Below are positions 51,383 to 64,000 of a stretch of DNA of 64,000 bases, one piece after another. The position numbers and the translations under genes are program-made. Origin of the DNA: Octopus vulgaris (taxonomy: Eukaryota); NCBI GenBank assembly GCA_951406725.2, contig OX597818.1, positions 105,896,001 to 105,960,000 on the forward strand, read 5' to 3'. Under the pieces are notes generated by a model. It was given only the letters and a program-made list of their open reading frames with translations, was not told the origin of the DNA and did no database searches. Position 1 is the first letter of the stretch; each line of letters starts with the position of its first letter.

Positions 51383-51991
51383 GTAATTTTCTGTTTTTCT
51401 AATTTAATTTTCCTTTCACTTTAATTTATTCATGCTTGCTTGCTATATTTATTTGATATTTTTTATGCATGGATGTGTAGTTAAGAAGCTCGCTTTGCAA
51501 CCACATAGTTTTGAGTTCAGTCCCACTGTGCAGCAGCACCTTTGGCAAGTATCTTGTAGCGTATGTCTGGACCAGTCAAAGTCTCTTGAGTGAATTTGGT
51601 AGATGGAAACTGTGTAGAAACTCATAATATGTAACTATATATAAATGTGTGTGTGTGTGTTTGTGTTTCTTCCTCCACTGTGTGGCAATTAAGAAATAAG
51701 TACTGGGATCGATTTGTTTGACTAAAACCCTCAGGGCAGTGCTCTAGCATGGCTGCAGTCCAATGATTGAAACAAGTAAAAGATAAAGATATCCATGGAA
51801 TATTCAGCTACTTGCATGCTAATTCAATGAGCAGCAAGTTTTGTTGATTAAATGATTGGTTCTTCATTGTCAAAACTGACAGAGATCCATCTACTTACAT
51901 TACCATTGAAAGTTCCATAAAGAAGACTTGAACCCAGTACTGTTATCTATTGTTAAAACATAAACAAGTCCAGATGGTTTAAACAAAGAAA

Positions 51992-52092
51992 CTGTACCAA
52001 GACATTTTGTCTGCCAAGCTGTACCAAGACATTTTGTCTGCCAAGCTGTACCAAGATATTTTGTCTGCCAAGCTGTACCAAGACATTTTGTC
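51992..52092 (+). repeat. 27-bp tandem repeat, about 3.7 copies
   Basis: Unit ctgtaccaagacattttgtctgccaag. Confidence 0.9.
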
Positions 52093-53901
52093 CTTTTTTA
52101 GATGGTCTGTAGGGCCCTAACAATAGGATAAAAACTATCAATCTTTTGGTCAATTATCTAATACTCTGTCAGCTCAACCATCTGCAATCTTCACTCTTGC
52201 TACTTATTTACTAGATAGTTTTTGCTTGTCTTGGTCACAAAAACAGTACATCATAGGAAACAGGATACTTATTGTGAGTTGTCCCACACTATATTTTGAA
52301 TCCATCATTTTTTGATTTCCTTTGACCATTATATTTTCACATAGCATATCCCAGTTGAAATTCCTGTTAATGACTAGTATTTTGGTTTAATGCCTCCCCA
52401 TCCCATCTTTCTTAATTTGTTGTAAGAATTAAAAAGAAAAATTGTGAGCCACTCCAGGATAAAAGAACAAATTACTTTAAGCCTGAGAGGAGAAAAATGG
52501 GTAAAATGTATTAACATTTTAAGTTAAGTCAATGGACTCCTGCTGAGGATGAAAACCAGATTACTTACTAGCTTATTTCACTAAATGAGTCTCTATCATT
52601 ACCATTGTTCAATATGTTTACCATGCTGGCATAGGCTGGATGGCTATGCAATAAAGGATCAAAATCAGTTTGTTGCTGGATTATTACAACATATGAACCT
52701 TCATTATAACCATCTCCTTAGATTGGATGAATCTGTAATATAGTATACCACTAATTTGCTTTACGTTTCATTTTCTTCTCTGTTAGGCCCACTACATATT
52801 AAGATCTGCTGTAAGCACATAGCACATTTATGCTCAGGTGATATCATCCAGATGTATCATATTTCAATATGAGGATAACCACTTTATATCAGTTGGTGTT
52901 TTTAGTGCCCAGTTATGGCCTTAGTGTATTCTTAATCTCTGTTGTTAACAAGTGAAAAAAGCTAGTAATGTTGTGATGCATTTAAGGATGACTATTGATG
53001 GTAGTAATAACAATTTTGTTAATACATTTTTATTTTCTTATTGATTTGACGTGGTGAAAAGGACTGTGCTACATTCTCTCTGGGATCATAGGATTGATGC
53101 AATCAATTTTCTTGCAAGTGAATAAATGTAAGAAAAACATGCACAGGGAGGAAATTACAAATGGCTCACATTTTTGGAGGAAAGAACTGGGCATAGTGGT
53201 TAGTGAGAGGTGTGGTGGAGATAGTTGCAATATGAGCAAGTTGGTATTCCTATGTGGGAATAGCATGAAACAAGCTATCTCTGAGTAGTAGCATTTCAAA
53301 AGATAGATAGAAAGAAAGAGAGAGGAGACAGCATATCTGTTAATCAGAGATTGGAGTGTTGGTAAGCATGGATATGTAGTTAAATGCATTTTCTTATATT
53401 TGAATTTTACTTTATTTTTATATTGTGAGAGTCATACTGTCAAGTAAAATGCACATACTGGTTGTATTTCACTTCAGTTTTGTCATCAGTTAATTAGACA
53501 ATTATTTCATTTATTGGTTAATAGGTTTCATAAAAGTTCTTTCATTACGACCTGTGGCCTTATGGATTAAACTTTAAGACATGAACACAACACAGAACAA
53601 GGAATGTGTGCTAGCACAAAGAAGTCAGATGAAAGAACTTTAACAAATCAATTAATCAGTTAATAGATTAACTAATCATCTAAACAGATGATAATAAAAC
53701 TGAAGTAAAATACAACTAATACATGTGTTTAAATTGGCAGCATAATGCTCTGAAAATATAACAACAACTGTTTCAACACATATCACATATCATGAATCTT
53801 GCAACTCAACTGTAAAAACGAAATTTTATTTTTAAAAATATCTTATTTCACTAAATTTTGTCTTTCTTTATATTCACTGAAAACATTTAATTTACTTTCA
53901 G

Positions 53902-54128
53902 CTTTGCAAAAAGACAATCATAAAATTCAGTTACCCAATGTGGAAAACTCATTAGTTTCTGAAACCTCTGAACTCCAATCAAATGTGGACAATTGGTCGA
54001 CATTTTCAGTTCGAAATGCCCTGCGAAAGAACCCTGGCGTATACCAACGAGGAGTTGGTCTTGTTAAATCATTTGAAATGTCATCCTCAACTGCCATTAT
54101 TCAACAAGATAAACAATTACAAAATAAG
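53902..54128 (+). CDS. COIL: Coilin exon 3
   Basis: tttcag acceptor (phase 1), AAG|gtgaga donor (phase 0); open frame SLQKDNHK...KQLQNK. Confidence 0.78.
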
Positions 54129-56016
54129 GTGAGATTCAATATATAATTAACTGGTCAATTATATTTCTATCTAATTATTGTTTGTACCAATATAGTGGAG
54201 GATAGTAAGTTCTGTCATTTGACTCTGCATTATGGATTCTATTTCTTGTTTAAGAAATCTTAAACTTCACATATGAACTATTTCCAGTTACAGTCATCAG
54301 TCCGAACTGGGATTGGATCCACTAGACTCATTTGTTATCAACACACAACATGAAAACAACACTCTACAACTTTCTGGCCTATGATCACATCATCTCACTG
54401 TTTATTGTATCACTACTATAACATCTCTGATTTAGCTAGTTGCAGACCACTTCCATCCAAACCAACTTAGCACATTTGTGTCTCCTCTCATTATACCCAT
54501 ATTATGTGTTTTGCTCACTCAGGCACTGTGCTGACACCTGTGCCCAATTTTCCTTAGCCAGAATGTTAATGCTTCTGGAATCCTTTCCCACTGATGTTTT
54601 TCCTGTGAATGTTGGTTTGGATTGATTGCTTAAACTTTACATCGACCATATCAGTCTCACCAGCTAAAATCACAATCATCTAACTAAAAATAAAGTAACC
54701 CAATAGTTGATGCTGTTGTCATGTGAAAATACTCTCAGTACACACTGTAAAATGATTGGTGTTAGGAAAGGCATCCAGCCATAGAAATCATGTGAAAATA
54801 GAACCTGCTAGTGACATATGATCCCCTACCCTGTCTAGGAGAACAGTAACTCAGAATAAGAACTGACTCAAATTGTGATTACCTGATCAACCCATGTTAG
54901 CATGGAAATGAGGGTGTAGAATAATAATGAATGATAATGATTATTGTTAAGAGTCATTTTCATTGCCAGTTTCTATTTATTTCAGTATTAGATGTATCCA
55001 CCAATGAGTTGTCTGTCTTAATTATGGGAGAAAAAAGTAAGATGCTGTAATGTTAACACTTATCTCTAGGTAACATCAGTGGAATGAAATACTTACAACC
55101 AGTAATCCAAATTAATTCACAGAGTTAATTCAACAGGAATATGCTTCTGTCTTTTAGTTTATGGTTCTCCATATTTTTATAAATTCACAAAAATATCTTG
55201 GTACCCACATTTCATTAGGTTTCCTTGATTCCAACATTTAGTTTTTTATTAAATACACGCATAAGTTCACTGTCTGTAATTGAACATAGACTAACACACT
55301 TGCACATTATCTGTTAGTGCTGGTACTGTGTTGTTAAATGCTCTTTGTAACACTTAGTCACTCTACCATAAAATAAAAATGGCACTTATTTTGCTGGATT
55401 TTTTAAAGAATTCTATGTAAGCACCTGAAGCATGCAACTGGAAAAATTGAGCAGTGGATGTGGATGCTCTGAAAGTGTAGTTGTGAAACTAGAGTGAAGG
55501 ACAGATTCTATGACGCTAGTTTGTAAGATGTAATGCTGCATTGTAGAGAAATGTTGACTGTGTGAAGTGCCATATATAGCTAATTAGTGATAGGACTCAG
55601 TATCACACGCACATACACAAGCCAATATGATCTGTAGTTGGCATCGTTATTGTCTATTTTTGACAGGAAGATATACTGAAGTAATGTAATATACCGTAAC
55701 CTACCTAGAAACAACAAAGCGCCTACAGAGAATCTGAACTGACAGTCTATAAGCATGTAGCTCAGTACCTTATCTACTCAGTCATTCCACTCACTCATAC
55801 TCATACACACAAAGACATGCAAAAATTGCATCATATTTTTTAAATGTGAATAAATATCTTTCTGCATTCTTATTTGTTTACACAATCTTTATATCTAATT
55901 TGTGTGCAATTTATATGAATTGCTGCTTTTCTATTTTCAAGCAAGAAATAACTTTATCTTTTTCATTTTCATATTTTGGCACCTACATTCTGAAAAAAAA
56001 AAAAATTTAATAAAAG

Positions 56017-56115
56017 AATCAAGCCCAACTCAGCTCATCTGTTTCGAAACCTAACTATGATGGTTTCCCTCCATTAACTGGAATCCCACGTGTAGATGAC
56101 AGAATTGCTTTTAAG
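56017..56115 (+). CDS. COIL: Coilin exon 4, start of the Tudor-like C-terminal domain (..KPNYDGFPPLTGIPRVDDRIAFK)
   Basis: Matches coilin DYS.LP.L...P.VG+.IAFK; strong gtaaga donor. The 5' boundary is uncertain because the acceptor is atypical. Confidence 0.82.
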
Positions 56116-56639
56116 GTAAGATATGATTTGTACATATGCAGTATCTATATTTTTGAAACAATATGTGACAAAATTGCTTTGAATATGAGGTTTGTTTTAT
56201 ATCTCACATTTCTTGAAAAATAGGATTGGTTATAGGTTTCTAATAAGGTCACTCATAGACTCCCTGCATTTCTGCCAATGAGGGTCACAGTGGTGTGTCT
56301 GTGCAACTCAAATGGAATAAATACAAGATATTTTTGTTTGGTGTACTGGCTTATCAGCTTCTGCACCTGTGGTTATAACTTTTGATAATATATGTCGATG
56401 AAAGATATACACATGTATATGTATATGCCAGGTGATTTGAAAGTCCTTGCCATTAAATGTCTGTTGTGAATGGAACAATGTTCAGATCAGCCAAATTTTT
56501 TTTTTCCTTGTTTTTAATCGTAGCATCATGTTATTCATTTCAGCGACACTGTTTTAATGTTAAATGCTGCCACCTACCTTCCCCTTCCCTCCTGCTGGCA
56601 TCAGTTCACTCACAGCAACAGTACTACTGTCCCTCATAC

Positions 56640-58140
56640 CCCTGTTCCCTTTAGCCATCCCTTCTTCACCCTTAATTGTAGGCATATTGAAAGGTAGGTC
56701 TGGTGGGAATGTTGAGATGCTGGAAAAAAGGTGTATAGATATGTGTTGCATTCATGAAGTGAGGTGGAAGGGAGCTTCTACCGGGTTCTTCACAGGCAAG
56801 GAACTGATATAAAATCTGAGTAGGTAATAATGTTGGGGTTGGTGATGTGGGTATATTTCTTACTGAGAAATAGGTTGATAAGGTAATCAAATTAGTCAGA
56901 TGTGTGATAGGTTACTTAAGCTTAGAATAGTTTTGCAGATTGGAACAGATTGTATCATTTCTGCCTACACTCCCCAACTGGGACTTCCAGATGAACAGAA
57001 AGATCAATTTTATGACACCCTTTTGCAAACTACTTTATCAACAAATAACAGTGACCTTCTCTTTGTGGCTGGTGACTTCAATGTGCATGCTAGGAAGCAT
57101 CCAAGTGGCTTTTATGGGGTGCATGGAGGCTGTGGAGTCAGTTCTCACAATGAAGAGGAAACTAGGCTGTTGGAGTTCTGTGATAAATAATCAGAGATTT
57201 AGAGATGTTCTAAGTGAAGCTTTTGATGAAAAGGAAGAGGAATTAGTAAAATATAACATATAAGACAATTGGTGGTTTCTACAGGATAACTTAATGAGGA
57301 CCATTAGCCAAATTTGTAGCTGGTGCAAAGTCCCCTCCAGACTAAGGTGACATGGTAATGAAGCAGGGAAGCAAACAGAGCCATTAAAGCAAAGAAATGG
57401 GTTTGGAAGGACTAGAAGAGGGGTGGTAGCAGAAAAACTATATCAGGTTGCTATAAGGGAAGCTAGGAGACAAGGTATATTCAGCTAGAGAAGAATTAGA
57501 AAGGAAGAAATTTGACAATGTTCTGCAGCATGAGGACCCAAGGCTTGAAGTGTTTCAGATTGCCAGACAGTGTGGCAGAGAAAATCCTGATGTAGGTGAG
57601 AAATGCATTCACATGGATGATTATTCACTTGCAGTTAGTGATTCTGCAAAGGAAGAGGCTTAGAAATGTCACAATGAAAAGCTGCTAAAAGTGGAGAATG
57701 CATGGTAGGAGAGTGTGCCTAATGTGGACCCAGCTGAGGGACCAGCTATGCAAATCAACAATAGCCTGGTAGATATAGCAATTAAGGATATGAAGACAGA
57801 GAAATACCCCAGCCCATCAGGAATCACTGCTGAGATTCTAAAAATATCTGGCAGAGTGGAATATGGTATAGTCACTTGTACAGCCAATCGGGTTGTCCAT
57901 GAGGGAGTCATGTCCATAATGCTGGTGTAGCAGCATTATAGTCAACTGCTACAAAGGATAAGGTGATGCTTTAGACAGAAATAATTACAGAGGTCTCAAA
58001 TTGCTGGATCAGCTGATGAAAGTTACAGAAAGGGTCATAGCTCAACTAATTAGGAAGAAAGTTAGCCTAGATGAGATACAGTCTGGTTTTGTGCCAAGAA
58101 GAAGTGCAACTGATGCTAACTTCCTGATCAGGCAACTGTA
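56640..58140 (+). mobile_element. RTE-X-like LINE remnant (endonuclease and start of RT)
   Basis: DMCCIHEVRWKG, ISAYTPQLG, VAGDFN and PSGITAEILK motifs; many stops. Confidence 0.85.
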
Positions 58141-58553
58141 GAAGTATGGAAATTTCTCATAAAAGATGTAAATTCATAATTCAGTAGCTAAGAATGAGAA
58201 CTTCTAGTATTATATTTCTGATTGTGACATTTCAACTCACCAAGTTTTCCTAAAACTAAATACTGTTTGGATTTTAACCTGGTATTTTACTGTTTCAACA
58301 ACTTTACCACTGTCAAATAATTGGTCTAAGGAATGGTAGATCATCGTTGTCGTCATCATCATCATCACTTTACATCTGCTTTCCATGCTGATATGAGTTG
58401 GACAGTGTAATAGGAGCCAACTTTTGGCATGGTTTCTACAGCTATGCACAAATCAATTCTATACCTTTGATTCTATTTAAAAACATATTTTACTTTCGTT
58501 TTTGATATCTTTAAAAAGATTTTGTTAAATATTTTATTTTATATTTTTCCTAG

Positions 58554-58601
58554 AGACTGGAAATTGGCCTTGATTATAGTCCTGTCATATCTGATTATAG
58601 A
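58554..58601 (+). CDS. COIL: Coilin exon 5 (RLEIGLDYSPVISDYR)
   Basis: ttcctag acceptor, gtaagt donor; matches coilin LEL...YSP.VSDYK. Confidence 0.9.
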
Positions 58602-59774
58602 GTAAGTAACCTATAAATCTCTTAAATAGTTTGTCAGATTTGTATATTATGCTTATGTAAGATATATTTCTAAGAAATATCAACAATATTTCTGAGATTC
58701 ATCACATTGAGAAAACAAGTTCTCTTTTTGTTTATGGAAATAATCTCCATTATTACTTGCTCAGTGCTCTTCCAACTGCTAGCCACATAATCTGTTTTTG
58801 TGAATCAGACTGGCTGAAGTTAGCAAAGTTGTTGTTTAGCTGTCAGTATTTCAGCCATGGCCATGCTGTCTTTTTGCTAGTCATCTCTCCTCATCACCCA
58901 TGTTGCCATGTTCTTTCCAACCCCATTGCCTCTGCACTAACCACTACTGCTAATCCTTCCTCCATAGAATGCCAGCTCCCTGGAATGCTCTCCCTCCTCA
59001 TATCTTTCCAGCAGGTGTTGCATAGTCTAAGCAGAACATGAATGGTATCTGTCTTAGCAGTCTCAGTCTATGAAGGATCTGAGCATTATCCCTCTCTCCA
59101 AACCCAGCAAATGCAATAAGAAAAAAAAAAAAAAAAAAAATTTGGATAAAAATTAAGGTATTGTATAACTAACAAGATTGATGTTAGCAGTGCCTAACTC
59201 AAATTTTTCTTTTGGCAAAACCTGTGTTTGTCTAAATCTACCTGCATGCAGCTAGATTAACAGCCAAATATCACCCTCAAAAAACTTGGAACCTCCATCA
59301 AACTAGAATGTCAGTTCTTTATTTTGGGATAAATACCTTCCACTCTCCATCCCATTTGTCTCAGAATCCTTGAAAGGGGTGATAGACACTGCCCTTTCTC
59401 CAGTCTAAGTGATAAGAGAGAGAGAGAGAGCACACATTGCATGATATATTCTGATGTCTGAAAATAAAACAGAAAACAGGGTTGTCACAGGTGGAGCATC
59501 TTTGATTGTAGGTCTGTTTCATAAGAGCTGACCTGGAGTTAAACAATTTATGAGCAGGTATTTGAAAAGTATCTTGACCATAGATACAACACAGCGCTCA
59601 TAGCAAGTAGAATCCTTTACACTGGTTCTTCCTGTACCATATCACTATGGCTATTCACACTCTCTGATAAGATTCAGTACCATTTCCCTAACTATGGTGA
59701 ACAAAATAAAAAATAAGCAAAATGTAAATAAAACTAGAGATGGATAAAAGAAGGTAATAATATTGACAACAACA

Positions 59775-60545
59775 ACAATAATAATCCTTTCTAATTTAGG
59801 CACAAGGCCTGAAATTTTGTAGGAGGAAGCTAGCTGAATACATTGACCCCAGTGTTCAACTAGTATTGACTCTGAAAGGATGAGAAGCAAAGTCAACCTT
59901 GGTGGAATTTGAACTAAGAGCATCAGGTGGATGAAATGCCACTAAGTATTTTGTCCAATGTGCTAACTATTCTGCCAGCTCTCTGCCTTAACAATAATAT
60001 TGATAATAATAATAACAATAATAACATTTCAAATTGTGATTCAAAGCCAACAATTTTAGTGAAAGTGGGATAGTTGTGTATATCAACTCCAGTACTTGAC
60101 TAGTGCTTATTTTATTGATTCCAGGGGGGTGAAAGGCAAAGTAACCCCCAGCAGAACTTGAGCTCAGAACGTAAGTTGAAGAAAACTGCTAGATACTTTT
60201 GTCCTATGCTCCTATGAATTAACAGTAACAATAACCACAATGATAATAATAATTTCAAATTTTGACACGTGGCTAGGTATTTGGGGGGGGGGGGTTGATT
60301 ACATCAACCTCAGTGTTCAACTGGAATTTATTTTATTGACCCCAAAAGGATGAAAGGTAAAGTCGACCTTGGTGGAATTTGAACCCAGAATGTGAAGATG
60401 GATGACATGCTGCTCAGCAATTTGCCCAACCAATTGCCTTAATAACAACAATGATAATGATAATAATAATAATCCTTTCTACTAGAGGTACAAAATCTGA
60501 AATTTGGAGGCAAGGGGTTTGTCAGTTACATCAACCTTAAAAGGA
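59775..60545 (-). repeat. About four tandem copies of the same MetaSINE-like SINE as 41850-43060
   Basis: Same ~215-bp unit separated by (AAT/AAC)n. Confidence 0.8.
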
Positions 60546-60689
60546 TAATAAACCTATAAATTGTAACACAATATCTTTGTGTTACACAATAAGCTTCATA
60601 ACGATTGCAAAGTATTACACAGATTATTAAGTTTGTAATGCAAAATTTAATATTTTGTTCTGATCATTTTGTCTTTTATGTTTTTAAAG

Positions 60690-60759
60690 GAAGCAACAGT
60701 ATTGGCGTTTGAAGATGAAACCAAAATGATAACTCTCAAGTTTCACACTTCTCGTGAAT
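60690..60759 (+). CDS. COIL: Coilin exon 6 (EATVLAFEDETKMITLKFHTSRE); gene continues beyond the window
   Basis: tttaaag acceptor, gtaagt donor; continues the Tudor-like domain in phase. Confidence 0.82.
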
Positions 60760-62626
60760 GTAAGTTGTTTTACATATTTTCCAAACATATGCTGGTGTGT
60801 ATTCATGAGCTTTGTATATTTGACTGTAAGGTTTATATGTGTGTTTATGTGAGAATGTATGTCTATGAATATGTATGTACATAGGGTTACAGGCAAGGGT
60901 GTGTGATAAGAAGTTTGCTTCTTATCACACACCCATAGTTTCAGGTTCAGGCACACTGTGTGGCATCTTGGATAAGTGTCTTCTACTATAGCCTCTGATT
61001 GACCAATATTGTGTAGTAGATTTGGTAGATGGAAACTGAAAGAAGCCCATCATCATCATCATCATCGTTTAACATGCGTTTTCCATGGGTTGGATGGTTT
61101 GACTGAGGTTTGGAGAGCCAGCAGCTGCACCAGGCTCCAATTTGATCTGGCAATGTATTTACAGCTGGATGCCCTTCCTCATGCTAACCACTCCAAGAGT
61201 GAAGTGGGTGCTTTTTACGTGCCACCGGCACAGGAGCCAGTCAGGCAGGTCTGGCATTGATCATGTTCAGGTAGTGCTTTTTACATGCCACCGGCATGGG
61301 AGCCAGTCAGAGGGCACTGGCGTCAACCACATTCAGATGGTACTTTTTACGTTCCACCAGCACGAGAGATCTATATGTGTGTGTGTGGTGTCTGTCTGTC
61401 TGTCTTTGCCTTTATATTGCATGATAGTTTGTAAGCAAGTGTTGACATCATACAAGCAGCATCCTTCATTTTTAATCTGCCTATCATGGGAAAATATTAC
61501 CTGAGGAAGGAATGTGATAAATGGCAAGACACTAAGACCTTATACATTCTATCTACAAACATCGAACACATGTATGTATATGTAGATATGTGTATGTAAT
61601 GTAAATGTCTCATAAACCTTCAACTAGCTTTTAAGAATCTGTGCTTAGTTAATGTTACCTTAATGTTACATGGTTGAGAGATAACTTTTACTCTAAATAT
61701 AACATAAATCTATCTCATGTAGAAATTCTTTATAGTTAGCTAAACTGAAGCATGTAAAATTAAGTGTAATGCTGAAATGCAAAATACTTGCAGTGAGTTT
61801 GAAATCAAGACCTTTGGGTTCATAATCCAAATCCATATCCATTTAGTCATTCCACTTCTACATGTAGATGTGTGCATATGTCTCAATGTAATGACTCAGT
61901 GTTTAAATATGTGTTTGTGTGTGTGTGTGTATGTATGTTTACATAGTTAAGGGATTAAGATGTTTGATGTGAAACCGTGAGAGCCTGGGTTCGGTCCCAC
62001 TGGACTAATGTAAACTATACAGAAGCATGTTACATGAGACTCCATCATATGCATATCCTCCTCATCACCATTTACTACATATATTCCATGCTGGTGTGAG
62101 TTGGATGGTTTCACTACATTTGACTGGTCTGAAGATTACATTGTGTTCCAACATCTGCTTTGGCATGGTAGTGACAACTGTAGAAACTGGGTATGATTGA
62201 GGGGTGACCAATGATACTGACAAGATAGGGAAGAGGCAGTGACTGACAGTGACTGAAAGTGGGTGGAGAGTAACAGACTAGTAATTATGAAAAGGCTATG
62301 GACAGGAGAAGAACGAGAGAGGATGGGAGAAAGAGAGACAGATGTTGTGGTTAGATAGTTTGTTAGAATGTGGGAACAGACATAGTGAACAGAAAAGAAG
62401 GCTGATGTATGGTGGTGGAGGAGAGTTAATTTGGTGGATCAGTGTAAAATGTGGGTGAAAAGGACAGTATTAAGAATGTAGGATGAGTATCAGGATATTT
62501 CTGTTGGTATCTGTTTACATTTAAATTACAGCAGCAGAATACTACTGTTAAACAGAGGATGAGTGGCTGGGATGTCTTGAATAGGAAATTGGTCTAGGGA
62601 GCCTAGTTGTGCATATATATATATAT

Positions 62627-62795
62627 ATATAACGAGAAAGTTTACGAAAATAAACAAAAGACGAAGGCAGGTGGAGTACAAACAAACAAATGTATTAGTA
62701 TAGCACTCAGGAATAGAAATAGAAAAAGTCTTTTACGTTTCAAGCCTATGCTCTTCGACAGAAAGATACACAGAAAAAAACAAGGAGAGAAAAAA
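62627..62795 (-). mobile_element. Short repeat in (TA)n carrying a minimal hammerhead-like motif
   Basis: Minus strand tcttt-CTGTCGA-A-gagc atag gctt-GAAA-CG-TA-aaaga (62766-62729), flanked by (TA)n on both sides. Confidence 0.6.
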
Positions 62796-62816
62796 TATAT
62801 TATATATATATATATT

Positions 62817-64000
62817 TAATAGGTTGTTGCACATGAAATGCCGTATTTTAAAGGTAACAATAAAATGTTTCAGAGGTGCTAGAGAACTGATTTATTTAAT
62901 CAAAGTATGATCCATGTTCATTTATGATGTTTACCCAATGTTTCTCTATGTCATATATTCCATCTTTAAAAAAAGCCTCATCTTTTGCTGTGATAAACTG
63001 TCTGAATGCTTCAATTATCTCTTCTTTTTTTAAGAATGTTTTATTGCTTATGAAAAGCTCAAAATACTTAAATAAGTGATGATCAGTAGGAGAGATGTCA
63101 GAGAAATATGGAGGATGTTGCAAAATCTCATAATTCAGGCTTTGCAACTTTCGGACAAAAGTGTGAGGACGTGCATTGTCATGGAGCAAAATTGGGCCAT
63201 CTCTACTCACTAGTCTAGGTTGCTTCTTTTTCAAATTCTCATGCATACAATCAATTTCCTGGCAATACAATGTTGCTGTAACCATTTTTCCTTGTTGCAA
63301 AAATGAATAATAACTTCCTTCGCAGACCAACATACAGTGACTTCTAACTTTTTAGGGTGCAATGTTGGGTTTGGGTAGTGTTTAGGTAACTCTCCTGCAT
63401 CTAATCACTGTCCTGTTCTGCTGTTGTCAAAGAATATCCATTTCTCATCACAAGTAATGATTTGATCCAAAAATGATCTTTTTCCAGACAAGAAAGCAAT
63501 AAGGAGCATACTTTGAGGTGTCAGCTTTTTTGAATCTCGTTCAGTTGATGTGGAACAAACCTATCTGTTTTCTTGACTTTTCCAATTTTTTATGGGTGTC
63601 CAAAAACAGTTGTGCAACATGTTTGGAGTTCTGATGAAAGTTTTGAAACCTTTGTTCTCAGCTTTTGTTCAACCAAAGCATTTAATCCATCATGCCCTTG
63701 GTTTATTTTCAAGGCTATCATCTCCTGAACGAGAGTTTTGGAACCATCTCTGAACAGTTCTGATGTTAACAAAACCATTACCAAATGCCTGCTTGATATT
63801 CCGTAGAGCTTCTACGGCAGAGTGACCCAGTTTGTACTCATATGAGAAAATCACTTAACATAGTTTGGTTGTTATCATTTTCATAAGGTCTGTGGGTACA
63901 AATTTTGTATACCAATATTGTTGGGAAAGAAAAAGAGTCAAGATTAAATGCAAGGTTTACATAATTGAACTTTTAAATGACTGAAATAACAAGTAATTAA
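62817..64000 (-). mobile_element. Mariner (DD34D) transposon, decayed
   Basis: PILLHDNARPH and HPPYFSDISPTDHHLF motifs; TIR-like taggttgttgcacatgaaatg at about 62820. Confidence 0.88.

Noticed and set aside
49921-51402. 493-aa ORF as a standalone gene
   Set aside because: It starts at TTG and is bounded by in-phase splice sites linking the coilin N-terminal and Tudor-like exons.

Overview
AT-rich, repeat-dense eukaryotic genomic DNA; the SINE/LINE families and microsatellites suggest an octopus or other coleoid cephalopod (inference). Three intron-split genes were assembled by hand. (1) DMC1, the meiotic recombinase, on the minus strand: 9 coding exons from 13530 down to 1500, C-terminus beyond the left edge, with one clear U12-type intron at 3081-3849. 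(2) SNU13/NHP2L1 (15.5K) on the plus strand: complete, 5 coding exons at 24522-36916, 127 aa. (3) Coilin on the plus strand: 6 coding exons at 45550-60759, C-terminus beyond the right edge. An intact tRNA-Asn(GTT) lies head-to-head about 200 bp upstream of coilin. The rest is decayed mobile DNA: RTE/RTE-X and CRE LINEs, Merlin, hAT, Tc1/mariner, non-autonomous Helitrons, MITEs and tandem SINE arrays. The most notable observations are minimal type-I hammerhead-ribozyme motifs in three different repeats (including a tRNA-headed SINE with a hammerhead in its 3' half), a candidate SNU13 poison exon whose 5' splice site is locked in a U1-mimic GCAA hairpin, a duplicated poly-SIM acidic module with no RG box in coilin, and a MYB/E2F/CCAAT/CHR motif cluster at the likely DMC1 promoter. 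Nearly all short ORFs in the supplied track are spurious or transposon remnants.
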